Shown one piece after another: positions 10,608 to 21,768 of a stretch of DNA of 37,138 nt. Each line of letters opens with the position of its first letter. Position 1 is the stretch's first letter. The position numbers were made by a program, and so were the translations under genes. This DNA is from Neoconidiobolus thromboides FSU 785 (lineage: Eukaryota > Fungi > Entomophthoromycota). The notes beneath the pieces are model-generated. The model did not search any database. It saw nothing but the letters and a program-made list of their open reading frames with translations, and was not told where the DNA came from. The stretch covers positions 1 to 37,138 of the forward strand of contig MU626448.1 in NCBI GenBank assembly GCA_025603075.1. The letters run 5' to 3'.

Positions 10608-12670
10608 TCATTCTTCATCTTCATCTTCTAATGTATTTTGATATTCGATTGATTTTCTATATAAATCTACTATTTCTAATGCTGGGCTTCTTCGTTTTAA
10701 AAACTTATTCTAAAAATATTTTATTAATAGACGTTTTTTTAAATACATCAATTTAACTTACTTCCAAAAGTTCTGAAGCACTTGACCTTTTTTCTGGATC
10801 ACATACCAAGGCGCTATAAAGTAATTGTTTAAACTCTAAACTCCAATCATAAGGATCCTCTAACTGTGGCGGAACTCCAGATAAAATAGATTCTTTTGCC
10901 TGAATTAATTAAATATTAAAAATAGTTCTCAAAAAAATCAAATATTACCGTAACAGCATCTAGTCCCATTAATGGTGGCCCACCTTCTGCCATTTCTAAT
11001 AATAAAATACCAAAACTCCAACTGTCAGTCTAAAACAACGAATAATTTAATTTATAATGCATAATCAAATAATTATAAAGCTCACTTTGTGATTATAACG
11101 ATCTCCTCTTATCATTTCTGGTGACATCCAATATAAAACACCAATAGATTCATTTGGTTCAGCTATTCCTTGTTTAAAATCACATGCTTTAGCAAAATCA
11201 GCTTGAAGGTTAGATTAGCGTTTATTTTATTGGTCAGTACAATTAAAATACCTAGTTTAATTTGTCCATTAGAATTGATAAGGATATTGTCACTCATAAT
11301 ATCACGATGAATACGATTCAACTTTTCTAAAAAAGAGAGCGCGCATAAAATATCATAAGAAACCCTAGCAATTTGGTATTCGTTCATTCGTATCTCTGGA
11401 TAAGATGAAATTATATCTGTTAATGGTCCCATATCCATATATTCCATTACCATCTACATAAAATTATAAACTTATTTACTATACATAGAATATAAAAGTT
11501 TTACCCATAATGAAGCATCATTTATATAACAACCATCGAAGAATAAAAGGTTAGGGTGATTGTTAGTTTTCATCATAAATAATTCGTTTTTTAAAGTCTC
11601 TAGTTTTTGCTTCATATCTTTTTTGACTATTTTAATCGCAACCTATAATTTGAAGTTAATAACCTTAATTTCAAATTTACATTTCATTACCTTTTTCCCG
11701 GTTTTGTTATCAATCGCTTTATGTACATCTCCTGATTCCCCTTCAGCTATTGCTTCAATTTCGCTAAATTTAATACTCGGCTCAATAACATCAACCACAT
11801 AATCCCTTAACTGATAATCATCAACAAAGTGAGGTGTTAAAGGTCCTACTGAACTTAAAGAATCACGCGGGCTTGAGGTTGAAAATCGATCTGAGTATGA
11901 TGTAAGTGCTTTCAAAGGCTGCGGTATTTCTAATGATTCTCTTTGAGCCTTATCCAAAGCCATTTCTAAAAGAGAAGGTTCTCTACTTTGATTAAATACC
12001 TCTTCTTGATAAATCGATCGTCTTTTAGTCAAACTTGAGATTGAATTTAAACTAACTCTACGAGTTGCTTTTGCTGTGGAATAGCGAGTTGAAGTCCTGT
12101 TGAAGTTAAATCCTTTATCGTCCACCAATTTATCTGGGTAAGAAGATGGCATAAGTGAAATACCACTTTCTGCAAACTTTTCAAGCCAATCTTTAGGTAT
12201 ACCAATAGCGGATGGTGTGCCTGAAGAAAAATTTATTGACATTTCATGTTTCACTCCATAAGGAGTTCCAATTGAAACAGGATTTTCTCTAGTCCTAGGG
12301 TAGACTTCTGGGATTTTGGGTACTAAGTTAGGATCAATATAACGAGTATTTAAAAGATCCTCATGCGGGACTCTTGATTGCCAAACATCTGGGACGCCCT
12401 AAAAAATTAATATTGTATACTAATAATTCTTAAAGCTATATTTACCATAAATCTTCCAGAGTCTCCATTATACTCAATGTGTATACCATGTTCAAAATTA
12501 GTCGGACCACCTATTGAAATAGACTGACTATTTGGATCTTGACTCAATTCAGGTACAGTCTTTTCTTTTAATCCTTTGCCTTTAAATATACGTGATGGAG
12601 ATTGAAGTATATTGTACATCCATCCAGACATGGCTGGTTTTCCGTTTTGTTTTGAAGTTGAGCCAAGCAT
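10608..12670 (-). CDS. PAK/Ste20-like kinase (possibly pseudokinase) with two CRIB/PBD motifs, about 8 exons
   Basis: CRIB1 is ISIGGPTNFEHGIHI...GVPDVW and CRIB2 is VSIGTPYGVKHEMSI...GIPKDW. The kinase domain has IAEGESGDV, VAIK, MVMEYMDMGPLTD, HRDIMSDN, ADFA, IGVLYWMSPE, DSWSFGILLLEMAEGGPP and DPEKRSSASELL. Exons join through GT-AG introns (e.g. 12445-12399, 11690-11643). Confidence 0.88.
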
Positions 12671-13596
12671 AAAAAACCAAAAGTAAAATTGTGAATAAAG
12701 TACTGAATCAAAGATAAAATAAAATTATTGAATCTTCAATTATGTAGTTTATTAGTTAGAATAATTAATAAAGTAAATTTTATCGAACACTTAATAAAAC
12801 TTTTTTTTAATTTTAAACATTTAATTATAGAAATTGTCTTTATTAAGAAATATGCGGGAGAGGGAAAATAAAATTGGCCAATCAAACCACATTTGCCTGG
12901 TAAGCAGTAAATCCCCTTAAAACTATCTTTAAAAAAATCAACTAATAAATCGATAAAAATGATCTTAAAAGCTATTAAAAGTGAAATAAGTGAGATTTCA
13001 AATAATAATGGTGATTTTAATAAATTGTAGTACATTTTATAATTATATATTAAAGTAAGACCCTAATATCTTTACGATAATAAGCTTTATTCTCCTTTTC
13101 TCAAAATATACAAAAATCTTGAATTTTATTTTTAAATTAGGAACCGTTGAATACAAAAAATTAGAACAAATTCTTAAATTAATCTGAAATTTTAAGCTTT
13201 ATTTGTTAAAAAATAATACTAACAAGTTTTGATGATTGTACTTTGACTATGAGGTGAGCTTTCTAAGTTTACCTATCCATTTCAATTGTTATTACAATGG
13301 AATTTAGTATTAATAGTAAAGTTATCATAATAATATAGCGTTAATTATTATGCTTTGATACTATTAAAAGTGCTATCGAATATAAAATATACACTAGATT
13401 AAAGAATACGGTATATTTCGAGTCTGCTTAAAAATAAACTTAAGCTTTAAAGATTTACTGGTAAAATCTATGTAACAAGGATCCGGGATAAACCTGAAAT
13501 TTAAAGTTTTATTTAAAATTTCATTTGATATTTCTATAAAATTCTGAAATTAAAAAAACAACAACATTCAAAAATATATTTTTTAATTTCAAAATT

Positions 13597-13691
13597 GGAA
13601 TGTTTTTTTTGTCTTCATTACTTTTTCCATTTTAAGCGCTATTTAAGTGGAAAGATTATTGGCAAAATTCTTAAACAAAAAAATACACCCC
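13597..13691 (+). mobile_element. MITE copy
   Basis: ggaatgtttttttt...aagcgctatttaagtgg...aaaatacacccc; flanks AATT / AATA. Confidence 0.8.
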
Positions 13692-14589
13692 AATATAATG
13701 CTTTTGCTGTGTTTTATAGTATGCTAGTTTTTGAAGCAGTTTCTGTATCTAAACTATATTATATGAAAGAGATTATGTTATTTATATATTACACTAAAGC
13801 TTATTAGTCTAGCAAGGTATATAAGGTATATAAGGTATATTTATTAAAAAGATTGATAACTTAAATCAAAGCTGAGAATAATACTGGGCTTTTTAATGTT
13901 TAACAAGAACTCTTAAAATTCTTTTATTAAATGAGCAAATATTGTCAGTCTTTAAATATTCAATATTGTCAAATTTTTTCCAAAACACAGTATTGAAAAT
14001 ATATGGTAAACATAAAATAGCTCATTTATCAAAGTTAAATTATTGTTAATGTCTTTTCCTTAATAGTACAAATATCCTTTTTAAGGAGTGAGAAGAGAGA
14101 GGGTAAATGATAAACTCATGTTAGATAAGGGATGAGAGCAAAGTCATCAAAAATATCCTATGATAAGTGCTAAAATATTTACAGTTTTCGATTTTTCATC
14201 TTGGCCTAAAATTAATGTTTTCGTGGCATTAAATTTAATTTTATCCACATGTTTAATAATGGTGAGGGTTAAGGAATATTTAAAAATTACAAATGCACTT
14301 AGTAGCCTATGAATTAAATATATTAATATAAGCTATATAATTGATGTAATTATTTATTAATGTAATATTCAGTAACATGCTAGGTACTTTAACAAATGTG
14401 AGTATAGCTTTATGTTTTGAACTTTTAGCCTCATATTTAATTGCTAAAACCGAGATTTAAATTTATGCTTACTTTGACTATTACAATTAGTTTTATTTAC
14501 TAAATAAAACCCATAATAACTGATCCCAGATTATAGTCAACTAAAATAGTGTGACTGGATATTTTTTTCGAAAAAAAGAAAAATTCAAG

Positions 14590-16227
14590 ATGAGTAACCA
14601 TTCAGCCTATAATTCGCCATTAACTTCTCGTTATGCATCTAAAGAGATGTCTTACAACTTCTCAGATGATAAAAAATTTTCAACTTGGAGAACTCTTTGG
14701 TTAAACTTAGCTACTGCTGAGAAAGAACTTGGCATCGGGGGTATTACTGATGAAATCTTAAAAGAGATGAAAGATAATTTAGTAAGTGAAATATAATATA
14801 ACTGATAAGATATTGAATCGATTGTTAGACAAATATTGATTATACAATCGCTGCCGAGGAAGAAAAGCGCAGACGTCATGATGTTATGGCTCACGTACAT
14901 ACCTTTTCGATTGCTTGTCCAAACGCAGCTCCAATCATTCATTTAGGAGCAACCTCATGCTTTGTTACCGATAACGCTGATCTTATTGTTTTAAGAGATG
15001 GGTTAGATTTACTTTTATCAAAGCTTGTACCTGTTGTTGAGTCCTTAGCCAAATTTTCAGTTGATTATAAAGACTTACCAACCCTTGGATTTACCCACTT
15101 TCAACCTGCCCAGCTTACCACTGTTGGTAAAAGAGCTACTTTATGGCTCCAGGTATTGCGACTGGAATTATTTTTATAGTTATAAATTATAATAATTATT
15201 TTAGGAACTTTTATGGGATCTTAGAAATATTGGTCGTGCTCGTAATGACCTCAGATTCCGTGGTGTTAAAGGTACTACAGGTACCCAAGGATCTTTCCTT
15301 TCACTCTTCCAAGGCGATCATGAAAAGGTAAGCAAAATAATATTACTAATAATTTTTTAATTAAAGCAAATAGGTTGAAAAACTTGACGAATTAGTAACC
15401 AAACTTAGTGGTTTTGAAGTACCATATGCTGTTACTGGTCAAACCTATTCCCGTAAAGTAGATATTGATGTTGTCAATTCTTTATCTTCTTTCGGTGCAA
15501 CTGCTCATAAGATCGCTACTGATATTAGACTACTTGCTAACCTTAAAGAAATTGAAGAACCATTTGAAAAGGATCAAATTGGGTCTTCTGCTATGGCTTA
15601 TAAGCGCAATCCTATGCGCTGTGAGCGTATATGTGCCTTGAGTAGGCATTTGATGACTTTATCTGGCAACACATTAGCCACTGCTAGTGTACAATGGTTA
15701 GAACGTACTTTAGATGACTCTGCTAATCGTCGTATCACTTTAGCTGAATCATTTTTGACCGCCGATATTGTACTTACCATCCTTCAAAATGTAATTGAAG
15801 GTTTAGTTGTTTACCCACAAGTAATCCAAAGCCGTATCCAACAAGAATTACCATTCATGGCTACTGAAAATATTATCATGGCTATTGTTAAGGCTGGTGG
15901 TGACCGTCAAGTATGTCATGAAAAAATTCGAGTACTTTCTCATCAAGCAGCTTATGCTGTTAAAGCAGAAGGTAAACCAAACAACTTGATCCAATTGGTT
16001 AGAGAAGATCCTTATTTCGAACCTGTTTGGGCACAGGTAATATATTATTGATTAGGTTTTTCATTTTTTAATACTTCAATTAGCTTGATGAATTATTGAG
16101 ACCATCCACTTTTATTGGACGCGCACCTCAGCAAGTGGCTTCCTTTATAGAGAAAGAAGTCAAACCTGCTTTAGATAGTTACCCACAATTCGTTGGTAAA
16201 AGATTTGATTCCAGTTTAAATGTTTAA
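14590..16227 (+). CDS. ADE13: Adenylosuccinate lyase (multi-exon)
   Basis: [66 protein letters not shown], the fumarate-lyase signature [28 protein letters not shown] and FIGRAPQQV; short GT-AG introns. Confidence 0.97.
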
Positions 16228-16717
16228 AAGAGGCATTATAGAGATTTATAAAATAATAAATAGGTGTAAACAGCACTTTTTACCTTTATCAGTTTTGATA
16301 AGATAGCTTGTATCATAAATTTGATTTTATAGTTAATACAATTTTAGAATATTAAATTGATTAAATTGGATAGTAATTTAGTAATTAAATTTTATCATAT
16401 AAAAAAGCTTAATCTAAAATAACTTACTATACTAATATTTATAATAAACACCAAATACCCAAACATATTGTTGTTTGTAAAGTCAGTGTAAAATAAGAGA
16501 ATAAAAAACAAACAAATGGTACTTAGTTAAAACAAAGCTTCAAAGCTATTATTCAGTACAAATAATACCTGTTAAAAGTTTAAATAACATTGAGAGAATT
16601 GAAAATCCAGTGTTTTGTTCTTATTTTAACAACTCTAACATGCTAAAAAAGTCATTTAAGTTCTCTTTATTGATTCACTGGTTATTAAACGATAGTATAT
16701 GATACAAAATAGCATAT

Positions 16718-16816
16718 GGTGATGTTTTTTTTGGTTTCATTACTTTTTCCATCCTCTAAGTACTATTTGAGCGGAAAAATTATTAATAAAACCCTTAAAT
16801 ATAAAAATACATCCCC
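16718..16816 (+). mobile_element. MITE copy with ATAT TSD
   Basis: ATAT|ggtgatg...acatcccc|ATAT, 99 bp. Confidence 0.85.
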
Positions 16817-17105
16817 ATATAAGAAAAGGAAAAAAATAATAGGTTAATTTTGGTATCATTAACGAAGATAAGTAAAGTTAGAAAATAATCGACTTTAAAT
16901 GATAATTAAAGATTTTGAAGTAGATGTATTAACTAAAGGTATCTAGTAACAGGTTGGTAACAAGCTTCTATTTCATTATAAAGAACTTTAGACGATAAAA
17001 TGTTTAAACTAATTGTAAGGCTTTATTCGTTTCAATAATATCTTAAAAACAAAACTTTAACCCAGATACTAAAATAATTGATGACTAATAAGGACCATTA
17101 TTTCC

Positions 17106-18017
17106 TCAAATAGGCAAATTAGCAATAATTGCATTGATCAAATTTTCATTTCCATATCTATTTCTATCACGATAGGATTTTGAAAGTTCAATATGGATGC
17201 CACCACCATTTCTATTTGCTACATTCTTTTCATGGATTCCAGCTAAATCACTAACGCCATTCACTACAATATCATTATTTACATAATGACACGAAGGCAC
17301 GTTATCTTGGTTTTTACAATAAACAACCTTTTCATTATTACCAATAGAATTCTGAATGTCTCCAGCAACCTTTTGGACGTTTTTATAACGACCTCCAACA
17401 ATCACTTGAATATCACCTCTTTCAGCAAACCCATGCCATGAAACAATAAATTTGGATCTAATAAGGTTTGAAAGTTTAGTTGTATTAAAGACAGTGGCAG
17501 TGACATGCATGGCATTTGGATGGCAAATTTGCTTTTTAATACAATTTTCTTTGATGGTATCAGGGCATCGAGACTTGTTAAACTTTTCGTTAATAACATT
17601 CTCAATTTTTTCACAGCAAACATTTTTATTACAGTTATCAGTTCGAATCTTATTACTAGTTTCTCCATTTATACTGCAATTAAAGTTATAAAAGCTTGCA
17701 TTATCAAGTCTGCTATATAACTTATTTGCAAAGTTGTCTGAGTTTAACTCAATGAAACCCCCATGAATCGCAATTGATGCCACACTCTGACTAGAGCTAG
17801 TCTTATCTTCACGGATACCAATGAATGGGATGCTTACTTGCCTGGAGCTCGGATTAGCTTTGTGGACAGCAAATGGTGTGGCCTTTTCTTGCCTTGGTTT
17901 AATCTCAATGGTCTCGACTGCAGCGTTAGGATTTGCATTCATAGCATCGCCAACACTGGTATAAAAATCAGCAGCAAAGATAGATGATAGGAATAAGAAC
18001 ACATTGGATAGCTTCAT
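17106..18017 (-). CDS. Secreted poly-gamma-glutamate hydrolase-like zinc peptidase (PghP/DUF867-like), copy A, 303 aa, intronless
   Basis: Signal-peptide-like MKLSNVFLFLSSIFA (true ATG at 18017). Motifs VASIAIHGGFIE, MHVTATVFN, IVSWHGF, VIVGGR and NVANRNGGGIHIELS match the ordered PghP-family motifs (AIHGGxIE, HITSTxFD, SxHG, vGG, NxxNR..G.qlE.S). Confidence 0.75.
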   Translation of the reverse strand: MKLSNVFLFLSSIFAADFYTSVGDAMNANPNAAVETIEIKPRQEKATPFAVHKANPSSRQVSIPFIGIREDKTSSSQSVASIAIHGGFIELNSDNFANKLYSRLDNASFYNFNCSINGETSNKIRTDNCNKNVCCEKIENVINEKFNKSRCPDTIKENCIKKQICHPNAMHVTATVFNTTKLSNLIRSKFIVSWHGFAERGDIQVIVGGRYKNVQKVAGDIQNSIGNNEKVVYCKNQDNVPSCHYVNNDIVVNGVSDLAGIHEKNVANRNGGGIHIELSKSYRDRNRYGNENLINAIIANLPI

Positions 18018-18050
18018 CCTTAACAAAAGTTAATTCCAAAAAATGTCAAT

Positions 18051-18065
18051 TTTCTACTTTTTATA
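18051..18065 (-). promoter_or_regulatory. TATA-box-like element upstream of Pgh-like copy A
   Basis: TATAAAAAGTAGAAA starts 48 nt upstream of the ATG. The identical 15-mer lies at the identical distance upstream of copy C. Confidence 0.55.
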
Positions 18066-18539
18066 GTTGACATTTTAAGGTTTTTGTTTTATTGGCTATA
18101 TTAGGATAGATTAACTTTGGAATTATCAACAACCTTTGAATCTATTTTTATTCTTATACCAAAGCGTATACATAACTGCAACAAGAGCACTCCGATTTTA
18201 AGCATTATCCGCAAAATAGCTCTAAATCCCATAAAAAACACAAAATAAGTCATAAAGTAAGTGTAATGATTTAGAGTCTTGACATACTATCTAAAGGGTT
18301 TTATTTTATTAAAGTAATGTAAAATGTTAAACTTACTATTATTAGAATCAAGGGATGTCTCAAAACCACTTTTTAAAAAAGGTAGTTTATAAAAGTCATT
18401 TTGATCTTGAATACAAAAATTTATGCAGAAAAGTTAAAGCGCTATATTTCTACTTTATATTAAAGCATTTGATCATAAATAAAATTTTTATTATATATGT
18501 AGATAGAAACATAACCAAAAAGGGCTTTATCTTCTTTGA

Positions 18540-19445
18540 AAAAGTAAGTTTTTTAATGATTCTATCAACCATACTCTTATTTGCGTCCTTATATCTATCA
18601 CAATAGGATTTGGAGAGTCTAATATGAATATCATCGTCATTTCTATTTGGAGATGTTTTTTTCGGCTTCATTACTTTTTCCATCTTTTAAGCGCTATTTG
18701 AGCGAAAAAATTGCTAGTAAAATTCTTAAATACAAAAATACATTCTCATTTGTTACATCCTTTTTGTGCATTCTAGCAAATTCACCAATACCACTTACTT
18801 CGCTGTTATTATCAACATAATAATAGGAATACGTATTTTTTAGTATTTATAACAAACCACTCTACATTATAGTTAAGAGAGTCATGAATGTCTTTAGCAA
18901 TCTTTTAGACATTATAACGTCCTCCTCTAACAACTACTTGAATATCTCTTCCTTTGTCAAAACCATCCGATGAAACAATGAATATAAGTTTAATAAGTTT
19001 TCAAAATTTAACTGTACTAAAAATAACAGGACAATATACATAGCGTTGACAAACATCTTTTTTACTACAATATCTTCCAATGGGATCAGAGCATTGAGAA
19101 CCATGAAATTTTTATCTCCATTCCCATTAATATTTTGACAACAGACACTTTTATGCCAATTAAAAGTTCGAACATTTTTACTATCTCCATCACTTAATTT
19201 ACAATTAAAATTATAAAAAGCTCGATTTATCAAAGTCTACAAAATAGAAGGTTTGTAAGGTCATCTAAGTATTCTTCAATAGTACCTTTATGGATTGAAA
19301 TCAATGACACATACCCTCGTTCAGGACCTCGTATAATCTATTCAACTGGAGCAAAAGGATTTACATGTATCCCATCATTAGTACTAGTATAAAAATCACT
19401 AGCGAAAATGGATGATAAAAGTAAGGACACTTTAAATAGTTTCAT
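18540..19445 (-). pseudogene. Pgh-like copy B: pseudogene with stops, frameshifts and a MITE insertion
   Basis: MKLFKVSLLLSSIFASDFYTSTND...VE*...SLISIHKGTIE..., frameshift, FYNFNCKL..., DVTN[MITE]RNDDDIHIRLSKSYCDR; colinear with copies A and C. Confidence 0.85.
18649..18747 (+). mobile_element. MITE copy with ATTT TSD, inserted in the Pgh-like pseudogene
   Basis: ATTT|ggagatg...cattctc|ATTT, 99 bp. Removing it plus one TSD restores the paralog-colinear frame. Confidence 0.9.
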
Positions 19446-20455
19446 TCTATAAAGTTTAACTTAATTTAGTAAAGTCAATGTTTTGATTTTTTATACTTCA
19501 AGCCTATCGATAATCCCTTTGATCGATTTGAGTTCAATAGGGTGTAAGCAATTTAGCTGATTCTATATGCAAAAATAAATGCAGCAGTTATTATTGTTAT
19601 TTTTGGATCCTACTTAGTATAAAAAAGTTAAATTACATAGTTTATGTTTGCCTTTTACAGCTATCTAACTTTAAATGTGTAGTATTTTCTATTAGATTAA
19701 TTTAAATATGGGCTGGTCATTCTCAATTTTGTATTTGTCAAATAGAAAGATAGAAAAACTATTAAGAATAAACTCAGCTATATAAAATTCAAAATGCTCA
19801 ATCCGTACTTAAATTGGTTTAAGGGAAATACCATATATTTAAAGTTAATAGTTGTAAAAAGCTGTTTGAAATTTATTTTAAAGTCGAATTGTGAAGTGAC
19901 TATAATTTTTTACAGGATCCCAAGTACACTTTTAGATTTATACATTGTTCTCAAAAAAAAACTGTATATTTCAAAAAATAATTTTACACTCAATAAATTA
20001 AGTTAGTTTTCTAAAATCTTCAAAAGCTTTTAGTAAAGGGGGGGATATCCATTCTTGAAAAATTCCCACACTTTGAAATAACGCTGGTTTTACATACAAA
20101 TAGTTTAAGCCTGAAAACTTTTTCTCTAAGTAGATGAATGATTTTTTCTCTAAGACATGAAATATTTAGAAGCTTAAATTTTTTTTGAGTGCGCAATTTT
20201 TTCCTAAGAGTATGTAAGCTTTTTTTTAAAATCAATGTATAAATCCGAAAATGTATTTGAAACCCTCTCTATATTGAACCTTTTTCAATATTATTGAAAT
20301 ATCTTCCAAAACAGATATATAGTAAAGAACAACCACCATTATAAACATAAAAGCTAATAAAAAGGTTAAAAAAACTCAACATAGCGATGCTTTACATCAA
20401 GGCATTTTACAATAAATAATAAATTTATTTTTATTATGCAATTTTAAATATCAGA

Positions 20456-21286
20456 CTAATAAGAGCTATCAATATTACGAATAGGTAAATTGTTGATGAT
20501 TGCATTAATCATTTTCTCATCTCCGTCCTTATTTCTATTACGATAGGATCTAGACATTTCAATATGAATACCACCACCATTTCTATTTGCTACATTCTTT
20601 TCATGAATTCCAGCCAATTCACCAATATCATTAACTTTACGATTGCCATTTACATAATAACAGTAAGGCGCATTGCCTCTATACTTGCAATAAACTACTT
20701 TGTTTTCATCACCAATAGAGTTTTGAATGTCTCCAGCAACCTTTTGGATGTTATCATAACGACCTCCAACAATCACTTGAATATCACCTCTTTCAGCAAA
20801 CCCATGCCATGAAACAATAAATTTTGACCTAATAAGGTTTGAAAATTTCTTAGAATCGAAAACAGTGGAAGTAACATGCATTGCGTTTGGATGGCAAACT
20901 TGCTTTTTTGTGCATTCTTCTTTGCTATCTTTACATTGAGTTTGATCATAGTCTTCATTGTTGTTATCATCAATTTTTTTACAACAAATTTTTTTATAAC
21001 AATTATTAGTTTCAATTCCATTGCTTATTTTCTCGTCTATACTACAATTAAAATTATAAAAAGCTGCACTATCAAGACTGTCATATAACTTCCTTGCAAA
21101 GTTATCAGAATATCTTTCAATAGTACCACCATGGATTGCAATTGATGCTACATCTGGTCGTCTAGAGTTTTTATCAACAACCTCTTTTACAGCATCAGGG
21201 TTTGCTTTCATGGCATCATTAGTGCTGGTATAGAAATCAGCTGCAAAAACAGATGATAAGAGTAAGGATAATTGAGATACTTTCAT
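20456..21286 (-). CDS. Secreted poly-gamma-glutamate hydrolase-like zinc peptidase (PghP/DUF867-like), copy C, 276 aa, intronless
   Basis: Signal-peptide-like MKVSQLSLLLSSVFA. Motifs VASIAIHGGTIE, MHVTSTVFD, IVSWHGF and NVANRNGGGIHIEMS; the same 9 Cys as copy A. Confidence 0.75.
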   Translation of the reverse strand: MKVSQLSLLLSSVFAADFYTSTNDAMKANPDAVKEVVDKNSRRPDVASIAIHGGTIERYSDNFARKLYDSLDSAAFYNFNCSIDEKISNGIETNNCYKKICCKKIDDNNNEDYDQTQCKDSKEECTKKQVCHPNAMHVTSTVFDSKKFSNLIRSKFIVSWHGFAERGDIQVIVGGRYDNIQKVAGDIQNSIGDENKVVYCKYRGNAPYCYYVNGNRKVNDIGELAGIHEKNVANRNGGGIHIEMSRSYRNRNKDGDEKMINAIINNLPIRNIDSSY

Positions 21287-21319
21287 TTTTTAATATTTTT
21301 AATTCAATAGTGGTTTATA

Positions 21320-21334
21320 TTTCTACTTTTTATA
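21320..21334 (-). promoter_or_regulatory. TATA-box-like element upstream of Pgh-like copy C
   Basis: TATAAAAAGTAGAAA, 48 nt upstream of the ATG, identical to copy A. Confidence 0.55.
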
Positions 21335-21669
21335 CTTGGTTTTTCGTCAACCATGATATTGCTGGCTATGCTAGATTGGCTAAACATGTAAGCATTTAAA
21401 ACCCAATGAAATCTTAATAAGATTTTACTTTAATTTTAAAAGCTAAAACTAAATGTGGCTTATGCTAACTATAATGTCAGAGAATTAGGATAGTTTTTAC
21501 ATAACTTTAAAAAGTTAAAAATACTTTTTACTATTATTTGTTATTCACCACTATTTAGTCTTTTATAATAAAAATTGTGATTCAATAGATCTGATTAATT
21601 TAGTAGTATACGAGATAGTGTTTTGGTGTTAATGTTTAGCTACTAAAAGTAGCTCAAAATTTAAGAATT

Positions 21670-21768
21670 GGGAGTGTTTTTTTTAACTTCATTATTTTTT
21701 CCATCTTTTAAACACTATTTAAGCGGAAAATTTGTTAGTAAAATTCTTAAACACAAAAATACATCCCC
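21670..21768 (+). mobile_element. MITE copy with AATT TSD
   Basis: AATT|gggagtg...acatcccc|AATT, 99 bp. The reconstructed empty site AAGAATTCTT is palindromic. Confidence 0.92.

Noticed and set aside
12736-13035. 99-aa minus-strand ORF upstream of the kinase
   Set aside because: F/I/L/K-rich composition typical of AT-rich non-coding DNA; no motif or splice link to the kinase.
13595-13807. Short ORFs starting in MITE sequence (also 18450-18683, 21668-21856 and the first codons of 23318-24097)
   Set aside because: Their shared peptide (FF..HFKRYLSGK..KILK.KNT) is just translated MITE, not a gene family.
13813-13839. (AAGGTATAT)x3 microrepeat
   Set aside because: Too short and isolated to imply telomeric or regulatory function.
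14652-15780. Minus-strand ORFs within ADE13
   Set aside because: Antisense shadows of a strongly supported gene.
17402-17720. Overlapping alternative-frame and antisense ORFs conserved between Pgh-like copies (also 20564-21088)
   Set aside because: Their similarity follows from the nucleotide similarity of the paralogs; no independent evidence of coding.
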